Shown piece after piece: positions 41,993 through 55,819 of a stretch of 64,000 bases of DNA (positions within the stretch are counted from its first letter, which is position 1; every line of letters starts with the position of its first letter). The notes under the pieces are model-generated. The model was not told where the DNA came from and did not search any database. It saw nothing but the letters and a program-made list of their open reading frames with translations. A program made the translations under genes and the position numbers. Source of the stretch: Peribolospora baueri (taxonomy: Eukaryota); assembly GCA_029717555.1 (NCBI GenBank), contig JAMDHS010000038.1, positions 124,001 to 188,000 on the forward strand. The letters are read 5' to 3'.

Positions 41993-44327
41993 ATGTTTAA
42001 CCAGGTCAAAGACAGGGCCAAACAGGCAAAGACGTACGGCACCGGAAAGGTCTTGTCGATCAGGGACAAGTATCAGTCGGCGTCGACGAAGGAGACCGGG
42101 TATGATCCCTACTCGGGCACCATAGAGCGGCCTCCCCAGGCGGAAAGACGGCCACCGCCAGTGCCGCCGCCGCACGCTGGTAGCCGACCGGGGTCCTCAT
42201 ACGGCGTCAAGCCAGACTGGCAGCCTCCACCGGTGAGGAGGGATGCCGCCGGCTCGGCGGCGTCGAGCAGCAGCGCCGGTTTGGTTTCGCCCTCGCCCGG
42301 CCTCCCGCCACGACAAGCGACGGCACCCAGTGCTGCAGCTCGCAACAAGGGCGCGCCCCCGCCTCCTCCTCCGAGGACTGGCAAGCCCGCCACCGCTAGG
42401 ACGGCTCCAGGTCCTTCGACGTCTGTTTCCTCTAGCTCACTCCCTCCTCCGCCCTCGCGTAATGTGTCAGCCGTTTACTCTCCCCCCGCCGGGTCACTGC
42501 CGCCGCCGTACTCGCCTGCAGCACCTCCGGCTAGCTCTAGGCCGGTACCAGCGGCATCGAACGCTCCCCGTCGAGCGAGCACCGGAGTAAAGAGATTCTC
42601 CGAGTACGACGAAAATGACAAGCGCGCCCTGTTTAACGTTCTCGACCAGGTGAGCACGCCCCGGCACATGTGGGATGCGCACAGCGTGTCCAAAGTCTTC
42701 GCTTTTTTCCCTTCTGACATCGCTTGAATGATCCAGTTTTTTGACAGCCACAAGTCTACATTTGTGGGGGAGCGGGACGGCGCGGAGGTTTCCGTTGAAG
42801 AACATTTACCGACGGTTCCTGGAGGTCCAAGGCCGGAGAATTCTGTGCATGCGATGAAAGCAAGCGATGGACCAGTAAGTGAAGGACAAGTCGACCGGCG
42901 CGAGTTCGGTTCGTCACCGCTGGTTCACGCCCCTTTCATTCAATGACGGGTTTGTCAATCCGACCGAACAGCCGCCTATCAATCACGCCACCCGACCAAA
43001 TGTCGCATCGCGATCTTTATCAGACCCGCGAACATTTCCATTTCTCTCCTCTTCAAATCATCCCGCAGACCAGGTCTCCTTGGCAGGCCTAGCTGCCGAG
43101 TTCTTCATCTCTCAGTCTGATCCCTTATGGCGAGGCGGACAACCCTGGTTTGCGTCTAACAACAGCATGCCTCCCCCTCTGCGAAACCGCTCAGACGTCG
43201 GTTGGATGTCATCCTGGACGCAACATGGGAACGAGAAGACCCTACTTGGCTCCGCTCTCTTCGGAGACTTATCATCCCTTTGGTATCGTGTCTCCTTTTC
43301 TACGTCCTCGCCCGCCTCGACCGTGCAGGTGGATGCTGCGGTCGCAGAACCGCCCGATGCTTGGAGAGACGACGACCCTCTCCAATACAGCGCGGCAGAG
43401 TACGGTGAGGCGGTCGCAGCGCTCGCTGAGAATGCCCTCCAAGCGGGCGTGCACGTCGGCGGAGGCGAGTGCTGGGAACTGGCAAGCAATGCGATCCGCA
43501 GCATTGAGGAGACGAGGCCTGACTTGCCTAAGCCATTGCCAAGCATCGGGCGCGTGCACGGACACCTGCTCTTCGCCGGCGTAGGCGCCGATAATCAGTC
43601 CGCGCAGAAGGGGAGGTGGAGGGGTGGAGACAGAGATCGGCAGCAGTGGGGCGGAATCCGCCGGGGCGATATCGTCGAATGGCGAAAAGTGAGTCCTACC
43701 GCCTCCCGTTCGAGAAGCTTGTCGCTGTCCTCATAGGGTCCTCTTTACTTGCCCAGGCAAAAATCTGCGAGCTCAACTGCGCGCCGGGAACTTACATGGT
43801 GAGTTGGACACCTCACGCCCGTCCTTTTGTCTTTTTTTCTTTTTGGCCTCCACCTCTGACCCGTTTTCCCCTTGCGTGCGTGTCGCCCACCAGATCCTCG
43901 GCGAACCAGAGCATACGGCCGTCGTTGTCACCGACTGTCCTGCCCCAGAACGCCTCGTCCAGACGGCCGGTCAAGAGCAGCCTGAGATCGCGCCGTGGGA
44001 ATTTGGAACGCTCGAGGTGGTCGAGCAGAGCGCTCGAGAGGTGCGAAGCCTTTTAGTGCTACTTGGCAGAGGGATGATGAGAGATATGGCTCTCTTGGCG
44101 TCCGGATGCGAGAGGGACATTTCTTCCTGGCCAAGAAAACTTTTCACTCACCTTCCTTTTCCTGCCTTATGAAATCGCAGGTGCCCACTCGTCGCTTGTA
44201 CGATCTATCCGAATTTTCTTCAGGGCACATGTGGATCTACCGACCGGTGGCGTATGCCGACTATGTGGGCACGGTGGTCTCGGCGGAATGGCCTCCTAGT
44301 TGCGACCGGGCAAGGGTGGTGACTTGA
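41993..44327 (+). CDS. Pro-rich protein with Bbc1/Aim3-like C-terminal cysteine-protease-fold domain
   Basis: Poly-Pro motifs (PPPPPPR, PPPYSP), then VGGGECWELA, GHLLF, IRRGDIVEW, GEPEHTAVV, LEVVEQS, SGHMWIYRPV. Confidence 0.65.
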
Positions 44328-45357
44328 CGACTCACTAGCTGCGGGATGGCGAGGAAGGCGATCGTCGGCGTTTTATCGAATTCTGGGCTCTTCAGGACAG
44401 CTACCTGGCATTGCGCGGAAGCATCATTCTGGAGCGTGATTATCTCGTGGAGGAGAATTGATCATCTCTTCGTGTCCGTCTTTTCTATCGTGGGCCACTT
44501 TTTACTGCCTGGAACGAGTCCTGCTACGGTAGTCGGAGGACTTTTCTGGATAAAATCACAGAATTTCTCGTCGAGGTTGATGATGAATGTGTAAGCTGGG
44601 CCGATACAAGAGGGTCGGGTGGACGCAAGGGGATAAATTGCTGACCGTGGAATTTCTGCTCGGTCCCGATCGATATGATATGGCATGGCGAGTAAGTCTA
44701 TATTTGGTCTCAACGCTTGCTGGCGCCTACCTTTGGAAGCAACTCGCGGAGAGGAGACTAGGAGGTGATCTGCGAAGAGGTACCCGATGTACGACCCGTG
44801 TCCGTCGCGTGATGGTTTGAGTACGAAAATGAAATTGTCCCGAACAAGTGAGGCTTGACAGACTCGACAGGAACGTGAGAGAGATACTTGAAGACCTTCT
44901 CGCGGACCCTCTCATTTGCTGCAAAAGAATAACTCGGATCATGGGTGAGGGAGTGAACGTTTCGTCCATTGTTGCTCTTCCTGAAAGGCGCTCTTCCCTT
45001 TGCAGTTAGGACTGAGCTCACGACACATCCCTTACTTAGAGAACATTCCAATACGCGGTCCTCCACCAGAGGCACGCTTGAAGTTTCTGGAGGCCGCTAA
45101 GACGAAAGTGATGAGCACGAAACCGCTTGTACAAGACCATTATCCTACTTCCCAATGAAAAAAAATGGCATTGCACATCGCCAAGTCTACGACATTTGCA
45201 AGATGGCAAGTTTCCGCAAGCCAGAGCCATCCTTGGACGAGATCCAAGGATGGCATTTAGAAGAAACCCCAAGAATGAAGAACCAAGAACCAAAACAGAC
45301 ACGGAATTCGGAAACTTGGAGAAGGTGGAACGACGGAAGAACAGAATGAGGCACGGT

Positions 45358-47253
45358 TCAAAGGCCGTCCTGCGGGGTCCAGAACACCATCCAGCGGTCA
45401 TCGTACGGCTCTTGCGGGTTGACGAAGCGCAAGTCCGTGGCAAGACTGTGGGTATACCAGGACAAGACGCGATAGTGAAGTTAGGATGCAAAGAAGCAGT
45501 TTAGAGAAGACCTTGACGCGACGCGACACGACGACGATCTGCCATAAGACGCGTTACTCACCGGATGGAGCCCGTCTTGGATTCGTTCAGCGTCGAGGCG
45601 TGGACCATGTAGGGATGATGGAAAACCACGTCTCCCGCCTTATTTGGATTGATTCAGAGGATAGGAGTCAAAAAGTACAGAGGCCAAGCGAGGCTCCATC
45701 AGCACCAGAATCGATGGACTCTCGCCGAATCAAACTCGGTGCAAGCCCTCCTCTCCACGTGGTCGGGACCCGGGCAGTCAGTCAAATGGCTTCGTGCTCA
45801 CCTCATAGTTTGCTACAAGCCACCTATGTCCACCGTTGTCCTCCATGAAGCGGTTCGGGTCGTCGCTGCAAGCGATTGCCGTTCGAGTGGGAAGACACCG
45901 GAGGCAACGGTGGCATGAGTTTATCTATCACCCCATCATTCTCGCACCCGCCAACCCGCCGGTTCCTCACTCAAGCAAGTTTAGCGTCTCACCTCAACAT
46001 CCCCCCGGCCATCATGTGCGCATTGAAAGCGGACCTCTTCTCCTCTTCTGAGAAGTCCTTGGCGCGCTCATTGAAGTCGTCCTCGATCTTCTTACCCAAG
46101 TGGTGGCTCTTCTCGAGGTAGATGAGTCCGCCGCCGTCGGCGGCGACGTCGCCCATTGGGACCCAACCCGTAAGGAAGGTGGCTGTAACCGAACGACAAG
46201 GCGTGATGAGGAAGTTTAGCACGTGGGAAGCAAAAACTGGCGCCATGAGTACAATGGAGCATTCGGACTTACGTCCCGCACCGCGGAGGAAGAGCTGATC
46301 GTAGTGCACGGCTGTGGTGGGAGCGCTGTGGAGCGTCAACGCAAGCAAACATGAATCGTCATTTCATGACCTCTTCTCCATTTGTTCAGCTGCTTCTCAC
46401 CCAGGAACATTGGCTCTGAGCATCTGCCTCTGCAAGAGAAGCACCTCCGGCCACCCGCAGAATTTTTGGACGAACTCTTTGAGCGCTGGGTGGCTGACAA
46501 ACTGGGGCGTTTGCCAGGATAAGGAGCATCGGACAGAGAAGGGGATGGGAAATGAAAACAAAAACCAGACGGGTGTCAGCCAACCCTGTGCTAGTAAACG
46601 CTCCAGTTTGCAAGTCAGGTAGAGGACTTCGGACGCTCACGTTCAGATAGAAGTCGGCCTTGTGAGCCTCGATGGAGCGGTTGAGGAATTTGACGGACGG
46701 ATGATCATCTGCGGCTATCTGACAAGTTTCTCCTGTGGGAGAAGGTAGGGTAAAAAGAATACGGAGGCGAGCAACACAGGATGATTTAGCAAGCTCGGCT
46801 CAACAAACTCGAAGAAGAAGGGGATGACTACTGACCGTTGCCCGGGGGCAAGAAATTCTTCACGTCGTCGCCACAGTAGATGCCGTCCTGGGGATCGGTG
46901 CCCTCCTTAAGCACACCGGTATCGCGCATGAACTCGAAGTAGTCCTTGCGGGCCTTGAGGGAGTCTTCACGGGGAATCAGACCCTTGACCAAGACGTAGC
47001 CATCGGTCATGAAGCGGCGACGCATCTCGTCCATCGACGTCGTGCGAGGATCCGTGGGCGTGAGCCAGCCGATCTTGGAGGGAGGCAAAAAGCCGCTGTT
47101 GCTCTTCAAAGAGAGGCTCTCCACGGCCGCCTTTGTCTCGCCGCCATCAGCTGCGCCGATGTTGCCCTGGGCAGCGGCGAGCTTGGCAGGGTCGACCTGA
47201 GGTAAGACGACGGAGTGGTGAAAGATGGACTCTTCGGTTGCGACAGGGGCCAT
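45358..47253 (-). CDS. Phytanoyl-CoA dioxygenase (PhyH) family Fe/2OG oxygenase
   Basis: RRRFMTDGYVLVKGLIPRE, AVHYDQLFLR (HxD), FLTGWVPMGD..GGGLIYLE, YEAGDVVFHHPYMVHAS, IRLATDLRF, WTPQDGL*. Confidence 0.9.
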
Positions 47254-47804
47254 GTTAAGAGGTTATGCAGGGCACGAGGAGATGGAAGGGAGTGAGTGGG
47301 ATGACAAGAGAAAGAAGAGGACGAGGTGGAGAGATTGCAGGGTGAGGGGGACGAGGCCCTGTTTTTGAATGTTGTCTTTATCCCAATCCCCGCTTATCGG
47401 TCGGTCGTTCATCGGTGTCCCGTTGTACCTCGGTTGTGGGGCCCCAGCCAAGATTGAAGACCGCGGCGAAGACGCCGATGTGAGACCGACGATAACGTGG
47501 TCGAGCGCTAATGGAGGTGCACAGGCAGCGAAGGGCGGACGCCGCTACAATATAAGTATACAGGGGGAAACGGAATTGACAGGGAGCGAGCGGCCCGGGA
47601 CATCGGACCGGAGTGATCGGCGTCCTAGGCGCGCTTGGTCGAGGCTGACTCGGGTGTTCGGGCGTCCAGAGCGAGATGGTGAAGGACGACTGGCTATTAT
47701 TAGGAAATCTCTCCAGCTCTCATCCTTACCCAGCTTTGCAAATTCCGCAAGAATTGCACCGGTGATCTCGTGGACACGGCATGGGGACCCAACCGGATTT
47801 ATTT

Positions 47805-50431
47805 TTATCCGCGATTCGGCAACAAAATACCTCGCAAGATTTCGCCCGCTTTCTTTGCGTCCACTCTTCCCTTCTCCCTCTTCATCACCTCGCCGACCAG
47901 CCGGGCGATCACGCGCTCGTTGCCCTTCCTCACCTTGTCCGCCTCAACGGTGAGGTCGTTGACGACGCCCTGGCAGAGCGATACGAGCCCCGAGGACGAG
48001 TCCATTCGGAGTGCGGAGCGCGAGTGGAGGAGTGTAAAGACCGGGCTGGTGTCGGTCGAGGACAGAGACGAGAGGGGCGCGGAGAGCAGCTCGTCTAGGA
48101 GAGATTTGGCGGTTCTCGCTGCAAGGCGGATCAAGTCAAGTCCAGTTTCGATGAGTGCCTCTTTTCGCTAGCCTGACGAGGGAAGACGCAGCATCGGCTT
48201 CTGCGAAGTACAGGCTATAACGTACGTGTAACCTTCTCCGCCTCCACCAAGTCGATCAATTCGCCCAGGTGAGCAGCCGGTATGGGGTTGGCACGGAAGG
48301 CCAAACCGTGTGTACCAAGCCGTCCCAAAAGATCATGTAAGATCCTGCGCCAACAGGAGGGCAGGGAGAAAGATGAGGCATGAGAAATATACAGCGAAAG
48401 GTGCTGGCAGATGTCCACGTCGCGTGAGAGACAAACAGACTGCTTGCCTTCACTCACCAGTTCACAACCACATTCGCATCGCGGCCCTTTGCCACCTGTT
48501 CAAAGTACTCCACTGCATTCACTGGCGCCTGCACCTTCCTCTCCTCGTCACTCGTGGTCGACGTCGCTTCAACGTGGCCTCCATCTTCGGCGCTCAATGC
48601 CATGAGCAGGTTGGTATCGCGAAGGCTCAATCCGTACCGTTCCCGCAACCTTTTTCTCAGTTGTGACGGCAGTTCCGGGAGGGATGCTTTCGCTTCTCGG
48701 ACCAAGTCCTAATAGGAATGGCAAGCGTGGAATGGTCATGGACCGACCAACGGGAAAGGAACAGAATGAGTACGCAACAACTCACTCGAGTCAAGGTGAG
48801 CGGTGGCAGGTTGGGATCGGGTATGTACCGATAGTCGGGCGTGTCCTCCTTGTCGCGTAGCTTGAACGTCTCGCCTTTGACGGCGTCGTACCCTCGCGTC
48901 TCCTGTTTCACTCGCTGACCAGCGTCTAGAAGGGCAAGATGTCGGTGCGCTTCGGCGGCTGTCGAGAAAAAGAACAGGAGGATGACGTTAGTAAAATGAG
49001 GGAGGCGCGTGAGAAAAAATTGCCTATATGACAGATCCTGCTCACCAATGGCGCCCATGAGAAACTTGATTCCGTTCAGGTTCTTCACCTCGCACCGAGT
49101 CCCCCACGGCTCCCCACTTCGGTGAATCGAGACATTGACGTCACATCGAAGGGAACCCTTCGTAGAGCAGCAAAGAACGAAGACGGTTCAAGACAATGCC
49201 GAATGTGTGTACATTAGGCCAATGGGAGCCCACCTCGTCCAAGTTGCCGTCCGACGCCCCGATCTTCCGCAGGATAGCCTGTAGCTTTCGAACAAACGCT
49301 CCAGCTTGCGCAGGGGTTCTGAATGAAGGTCGACCCAAAATGTGAGAGTACGTTCACTGAGTGAAAAGCCAGCTCGATAGTCTGACGAGGGCTCACCTCA
49401 TATCCGGTCCAGTTACGATCTCCATTAGTCCAGTCCCAGCTCGATTGAGGTCCACCAACGTCGTACCATCCCACGGGTCCGAAGTTGACTTCGCAGTATC
49501 TTGCTCTATCTGCAGTTGAAAGATGCGCACGTTGGTTTCGTCGGAAGGAGCGGCAATCAATTGGTCCCCGTCGGAGACCAAGAGGGGGAGGCTCCCACCA
49601 CGTGCCAAGGGGGCTGCATGGGGAAAAGAGGAACGAATAAGACGGTCTTCTATCAGCTTGAAGGTAGAAAGCAAAGGAGCGCACAGTAATGCTGAGTGAT
49701 CTGGTATCCAGCAGGGAGGTCGGGGTAGAAGTAGTGCTTCCGGTCAAAGCTGCTCCTCCGGTTTATGGTGGCACCGAGAGCTAACGAGGTCATGAGTGCT
49801 ATGCGCAGACACTCAGAATTGAGTTGCTAAAAGAGAAAGGGAGAGTAAAGCTCGAGCGATGAGTCAATGTGCAAACAGATGCTACGAAAGTAAGGAATTC
49901 GCTTCATTCTACTGACAGGTTGGGTCCCCGGATAAGCGGCGTCGAACAAGGAAACGTGACTGTTTGGAAGAGACTCGTATGATGTCGGGGTAGCTACAGG
50001 TGCCAAAAGCACAAAAAATCAAGATCCCGCAAAAAGTGCACGAATCAGCAAAGCCCCCGCACGAATGCGGCCACCTTGGAAAGTGGGCGCAACACACCGG
50101 AGAAGAGCTTCTGCTTGGCGGCCATTTGCACATGGATCTCAAGACCGATCACCGCTTCCCAGCCGGGAGGCAAAGGCTTAAAGCCTTTCCAACCTTCATC
50201 ATGAGCGCCTTGCTGAGGGGTCCTTGAACCGGCCAACGAGGATTCGACGTTGATGCGTTTAATGTCGGCACCCGCGCTTGAGGTCGCGAACCGGGCATGC
50301 AGGCCGCGGCTTGCTGATGCAAGAATTGCCCTTGGTTGAATCAATTTTCCAGCAAGGGCAACGTAGCCTATGGCCTGAGCGCCCCGGAGAGCATATGATC
50401 GACCTGAAAGGCGAAGAGAGGTGTAAATCAT
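47805..50431 (-). CDS. PET112: Mitochondrial Glu-tRNA(Gln) amidotransferase subunit B (GatB)
   Basis: [100 protein letters not shown]. Confidence 0.95.
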
Positions 50432-50658
50432 GGCGAGCACATCTCTCCTAAGTAGCAAGCGCAACGGGAAGGCGAACGGAGCAAGAGGGACGGGTCAGGA
50501 CCGGGATGACTGCGGCAAAACGCTCGATCACTTCATTTTTCTTGCGATGCCGACCTTCACTCCGTCTCTCGGTCACTTCGTCCCCCATCACCTCGCCGCC
50601 TTCCGTTTCTCTCTCTTTCCCCTCTCTCCAGTCCCTAGATCCAAGACGTATATCTCAA

Positions 50659-52807
50659 ATGTCTCAGAAAGAGGCCGATTCTTTCTTCCGCCCTCTGGGA
50701 GAGCACGCCGAGGAGACTTCCAAGCGCGCTGAGGGTGGCGAACAGGAAGAAGAGAAAGCGGTGCAGGAGATCGAGAGCTTGTGCCTCAAGTGCCACGAGA
50801 ATGTGAGTTGTACATTTTCCTTGTCCTCTATCGGCTGGTGCTCTAGCCGCTAGCTTATCGGTCGTATAGTGACTGAGTTGACGTGCCTGTGCATCTCCTC
50901 TTCGTACAGGGCACCACCCGCCTCATGTTGACGTATATCCCCTACTTCCGAGAAGTGATCATCGTCTCGTTTCACTGCGATCACTGTGGCAACTCAAACA
51001 ATGAGATCCAATCGGCGGGAACGATTCAAGGTGAGGTGGCGAATTTCCTAAGCGACCGCTGATATGGAGGGAAAGGAAGCTAGCTGACACGTACAATCCT
51101 GCTCACATCACGTTTCTTTAGAGAAGGGCTCTCTGCATACGGTGCACTGCACTGTGGTCGCTGACCTGGATAGACAACTAGTCAAGTCCGAGTACGCTAC
51201 GGTGCGCATCCCGGAATTCCAGCTGGAAATCCCGCCAAAGCGGGGCCAGCTGACGACCATCGAAGGTCTTTTGGCCGACACGATCCGAGATCTCGAGATG
51301 GACCAACCGTTGCGTAAACATGTGGATCCAGAGACGTGGGGTAAGATCGATGCTTTGGTGCAGAAGATGCGCGTCGTTGTTCCAGACGTTGTAGGACCGG
51401 AGGGCGAGGAGGAGGCGGGCGCGCAGACCGGAGAGGTGCAGGCCAAAGACAAGGAGAGGACGTTCCCCAAGTTTACCGTACAGCTCGAAGACCCCTCGGG
51501 GAACAGCTTCATCGAGTTCGACCACGAAGCCGGCTTGAACGATCCCAAATGGAGCAAGCGAGAGTACCCTCGCTCCAAGGAGCAGAACGAGACGCTCGGT
51601 TTGACCGCTCCTGCGTGGCAAGACCCGGACGCGCCGGACCAGGCTCAAAATGGGGATGCTGCTGCTGACGGTGACGGAAAGGAAAAGGCGGATCCGAGGG
51701 ATGTCGAAGCGGAGGCGGAAAAAGAGGGAGAAGACAATGAGGAGATCTACCATTTTCCTAGCACTTGTTCGAGCTGCAACCACCCTCTGGAGACACTGAT
51801 GAAGAAGGTTAACATTCCTTACTTCAAGGTACGTATTTCCATCTGTTTGGCTTCCCCCGCCTGTGACTGACTTGATCGATCCAGCGGTGCTGATCACCGC
51901 CCACCGAACTTCTTCCGGAACAGGACGTCCTGATCATGTCTACTAACTGCGCAAACTGCGGGTACAGAGACAGCGAGGTCAAGTCTGGCACAGCCATCTC
52001 CGAGAAAGGGCGCAAGCTCACTCTTCGGGTGGAAGATGCGGAGGATTTGAGCAGGGATATTTTGAAGGTGTGTGGTGTGTTCGCATCGGGTCCTCCGCAC
52101 CGTGCTGAAGGTCCACTGATGCGACGCTCCTCGTCGCGTTTTCTGCGCCTAGTCCGAGACCGCAGGCCTTTCGGTACCCGAGATTGACCTCAATCTCGCG
52201 CCCGGAACCCTTGGCGGAAGGTTCACGACGCTCGAAGGCCTCCTGAACCAGGTCTACGACGAACTGAGCGAGAAAGTGTTCATGAGGGGCGACTCCACGG
52301 GTGTCAAGGATCGGAACTCGTTCGAGACCTTTTTGGGCAAGTTGAAGGACGTGAGTTGAAGCACCCTTCGGCTTCGAGCCCTGACAAGAGCGTGATTTTT
52401 GATACGACATCGTGCTCGACCCGATTGTTCTTGCTTTGTAGGTCATGTCCGCCGCGCCTTCTGTTCTTCCGTACACGGTCATCGTGGACGACCCATTGGC
52501 GAACAGCTACATCCAGAACCCCTACGCTCCAGACCCGGACGAGCAGATCGTCGCGGAGTGGTACGAGCGCTCGCATGAGCAGAACGAGGACTTGGGGTTG
52601 AATGACATCAAGGTGAGTCTGCCCGAGCCGGAGAGTTGCCGCTTTGGCGCTCCCGATGTGCTTGTCGCTCGTTCATTGACCGACCAATTTCGCTGCCCTT
52701 TCTTATCGTTACTCCCTTCTTCGTAGGTCGAAGGTTACGAAGAGGAGCATGCGGCAGAGTTGGCTGCCGCAAAGGCCGCTGGCGATGCGGAGAAGGCCGC
52801 ATCCTGA
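50659..52807 (+). CDS. ZPR1: Zinc finger protein Zpr1 (eEF1A chaperone)
   Basis: EIESLCLKCHEN, IPYFREVII..FHCDHCG, DLDRQLVKSE, GQLTTIEG, EDPSGNSFI, CSSC, CANCGYRDSEVK, GGRFTTLEG, DDPLANSYIQNPYAPDPD. Confidence 0.97.
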
Positions 52808-53934
52808 CGTGCCATTTCACAGTAGCGTGATGATGAATCGTCGCGAGATTTTGGCTTTCATTACATCAAATGCCGGAGCCCAGCGCTCCTTGAATATCAT
52901 ATCTAGAGTGGATTTTGTGTATCAGTAGGACGTAACGTAATTAAGATCTTGTTCCCACAACTGTGTAAAGCCAGTTTTGCAAGCACTGGTCCACCGATTG
53001 AACCAAACGGACACTCTAATTCGCCAATCGCAGCAAACCCAGTTGGGCTAGTACGGATCTACCAATCGTTGTGGACCATATTGCTGCAGCAATACATTTG
53101 CGCAACATGTTTTCTTGCATGCAACGTGAGAACCTAGACGCCGCTGAGGAAGGTGGGTAGGGGCGGGCGGGATAGCGGCATGTGAGCGCGCACACACGGA
53201 GACGATGCAGCACGGGGACATGGATGCACATCAATGTGAGGAATGGCTCTGGCGATAGTGATCTACCAGCCTGACAGGAAGAACCCATCCCAACCCCATA
53301 TCCCACCTCCGCCGTCCTTCCGCGGCCATATACGCTCGAGACAATGACGAGGACAACGACCAAAGCCTTCATCCAAGTGACTGAGACATCTGCTGTTAAG
53401 GGTCAGAATCAGACTCGCGGGAGCATGACAGCCGGTACGCGTCCCCTTCGTCCTTCGCTTCAGAAAGCTCCTGCAGTGAGTTTGCACCCCTCCTAAGCAG
53501 AATGCGTGCACCTCCTTCCCACAGCATCCAATCATCTCTGAAAACGTACGCAATGCACGCGCCGCTTGTGAGGATGGCTTGAGCCTTCGCTTGAGATACG
53601 CTTTGAACACGCCGCTGGAGCGCACCAAACAGAAGAGCATATTCTCATCGGGGGCCTGTGGCCGTCTTCCAGACCAGAACGGACGAGAAACGATCATCTA
53701 AGTTCTCTCAAGTTCTGCCGAGATTCGGAAGAGGCATACATCTTGACGACAAGTGATAACAAGTTCGGCTGAGTGAATAACGGTGTTCAGGAGAGGAGAA
53801 CTAGTCGGAGCGGGGACAAGGCTGGAAGAGGAAGAGGAATGTTGAAAACTGTCAGGACAAGCGGAAGCCACGGGGAAAAATGCCACTTCCCCCCACGGTC
53901 AAAGAAACAATGCCTCACAATGTTCCAAGAACGT

Positions 53935-54625
53935 TCAGTGACCGTACAGCTCGTCCTTAGTAACCACACCTGTGACCATCAGAAATGCCAGGCGTGGAGG
54001 CCAAAGGAAAGCAGTCAGATCGGACCCCTAGCTACCAAGAAAGCCCTTCCCATGCCCACTCACCAAGATCCTTTCTCAGCGGCTCCAGCTCAGCCAGGTA
54101 CTGCTCGTACTGCCCCTTGTTCTCCACCTTCTCCTTCAAGCCTTCAAAGATCCTGACGGCGGTTGAGAAGTCATTGACGCGCCTCGAGGCGTGAAGGGCG
54201 GCCTCGATGACGGAGGGAGAGGGGACGAGGTCGTACGAGAAGCAGTTGTTGAGGCCGCGCTGCAGCTCGAAGAGGTCCTCGACAGAGGAGAAGAATTGAA
54301 CGTAGCGCGCGTTGAAGTCCTCGTACGACTCCTCCTCGTGGGCTGACGCGTAGCCGCGGACTGGAGAGCAATGGGGTTAACCGGTGGTCGGGAAAGCGCG
54401 CGGAAGACAGAAGGGAGGAGGAAAAGGTGAGCATGACCGAAGGTTAACCGCGACTTGGCGCTAAGACGTTCTATACGACTGGCCGGCCCGACGATCTTGC
54501 CGACATCCATGCAACTTGACCCACTCACCCTGAGCGATCGAGAGCGCAGGCCTGGCCGAAAGGACGGAGGTTCGCAAAGAAGACGCGGCGACAGCGGAAC
54601 GGAAAGTGCCCGTGAGGAAGGACAT
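53935..54625 (-). CDS. COX6: Cytochrome c oxidase subunit Cox6 (mammalian Va), 3 exons
   Basis: Presequence MSFLTGTFRSAVAA, then HEEESYEDFNARY, DLFELQRGLNNCFSYDLVPSP, RRVNDFSTAVRIFEGLKEKVEN; last exon GVVTKDELYGH*. Confidence 0.93.
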
Positions 54626-54889
54626 GGCCGGCGAGGGAGCAGAAGTGCGAGAAAAGGAGATGGCAGCTCGTCAAGTCGAGAGTTGTATCGTCTCTTCTCA
54701 CCGTCGGTCGCGGCCGTTGGTGAGGCAGGGAAGACCCGGGAGCGTGGGAAATGTCGGTTTAGAACGGAGGTAGGCGGCCCTGGATGTTCTTGGCCTTCTG
54801 AAAAGGACTCGACTTCGTCCCATACTAGCTGGACTCGACTCGACATGGTGTGCGTCAACTCGACTCCTTCTGTGGCAGCAAGAGCAATC

Positions 54890-55819
54890 ATGAGAGCCGT
54901 CAACGTGCGCTCGACGTTGCGCGGCCTTGCCTATGCCGGCGTACCCTCCCTTCCTCGCCCTCCCCTCTGCGCTGCGCCCTCCTGCTCGACTCTCGCGCCA
55001 TCCGTCTCCTCTCCTTCTTCCGCTCGTAACATGGCCAACGTCACTGCCGAGCCCGCTCAACGAAAGCCGTCGGACGTTCGAACACGGCCGAATCCTTCGC
55101 CGACGACGCCAGGCAAAAAGCGGGTCTACACCGGTCGCAAAACGTTCCTCTACGCTTCCTATGACCGCCTCTTCGACACTTCAGAGCTTGTGCTTGTCCT
55201 GCAGCCCAACAACCTGAGCGTAGCGGAGCTGAGCGAGCTCAGGAGAAGCATAGCCGCCATTCATCCCCCGTCGTCGTCACCGTCTCCCGCGGTAGATGGC
55301 TCCAAGGAGGGCACCCGCTCGGCTTCAGCCCAAGGCGCAGAGCTGACGATGGTGCGAGCAGGCATCCTCCAACGGGTTGCGAGGCGGCATCCCAAGCCGG
55401 CTGTCGCATCACTCGCCCCCCTCTTCACGGGCCCGGTTTTATTGCTCACTTGCACCACGCTGGACCCTTCCTATCTATCCAAGGTGCTCGTCACCATCGA
55501 CCGCGCCCTGGGCCATCGACCAAAGAAGGCCCCTGCCTCCGCCGCCGCGCCTGTGCCTTCCAATCCTCGCCTCGTGCTCCTTGGAGGCCTTGTGGAAGGA
55601 AACTGGGTCCTCCACGTCCCGCAACTGAGGGACGTCAGCAAACTCCCCAGTCTACAGATCTTGCGCGCGCAGATCGTCGGACTATTGAGCGCGCCCGCGG
55701 CGCAGTTGGCTGGCGTGCTGGGCATAGCTGGAGGTGCAGCGCTGGCGAGGACTTTGGAAGGGTTCAGGAAGGGTCTGGAAGAGGGCGGGAAGGAGGCGAA
55801 GGACCGTGAAGCTTCATGA
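54890..55819 (+). CDS. Mitochondrial ribosomal protein uL10m
   Basis: RKTFLYASYDRLF, QPNNLSVAELSELR, LFTGPV, LVLLGGLVEG, VSKLPSLQILRAQIVGLLSAPA. Confidence 0.85.
   Translation: MRAVNVRSTLRGLAYAGVPSLPRPPLCAAPSCSTLAPSVSSPSSARNMANVTAEPAQRKPSDVRTRPNPSPTTPGKKRVYTGRKTFLYASYDRLFDTSELVLVLQPNNLSVAELSELRRSIAAIHPPSSSPSPAVDGSKEGTRSASAQGAELTMVRAGILQRVARRHPKPAVASLAPLFTGPVLLLTCTTLDPSYLSKVLVTIDRALGHRPKKAPASAAAPVPSNPRLVLLGGLVEGNWVLHVPQLRDVSKLPSLQILRAQIVGLLSAPAAQLAGVLGIAGGAALARTLEGFRKGLEEGGKEAKDREAS

Noticed and set aside
52950..53900. ORFs and a splice-acceptor-like site between ZPR1 and COX6
   Set aside because: Could not build a coherent gene model.
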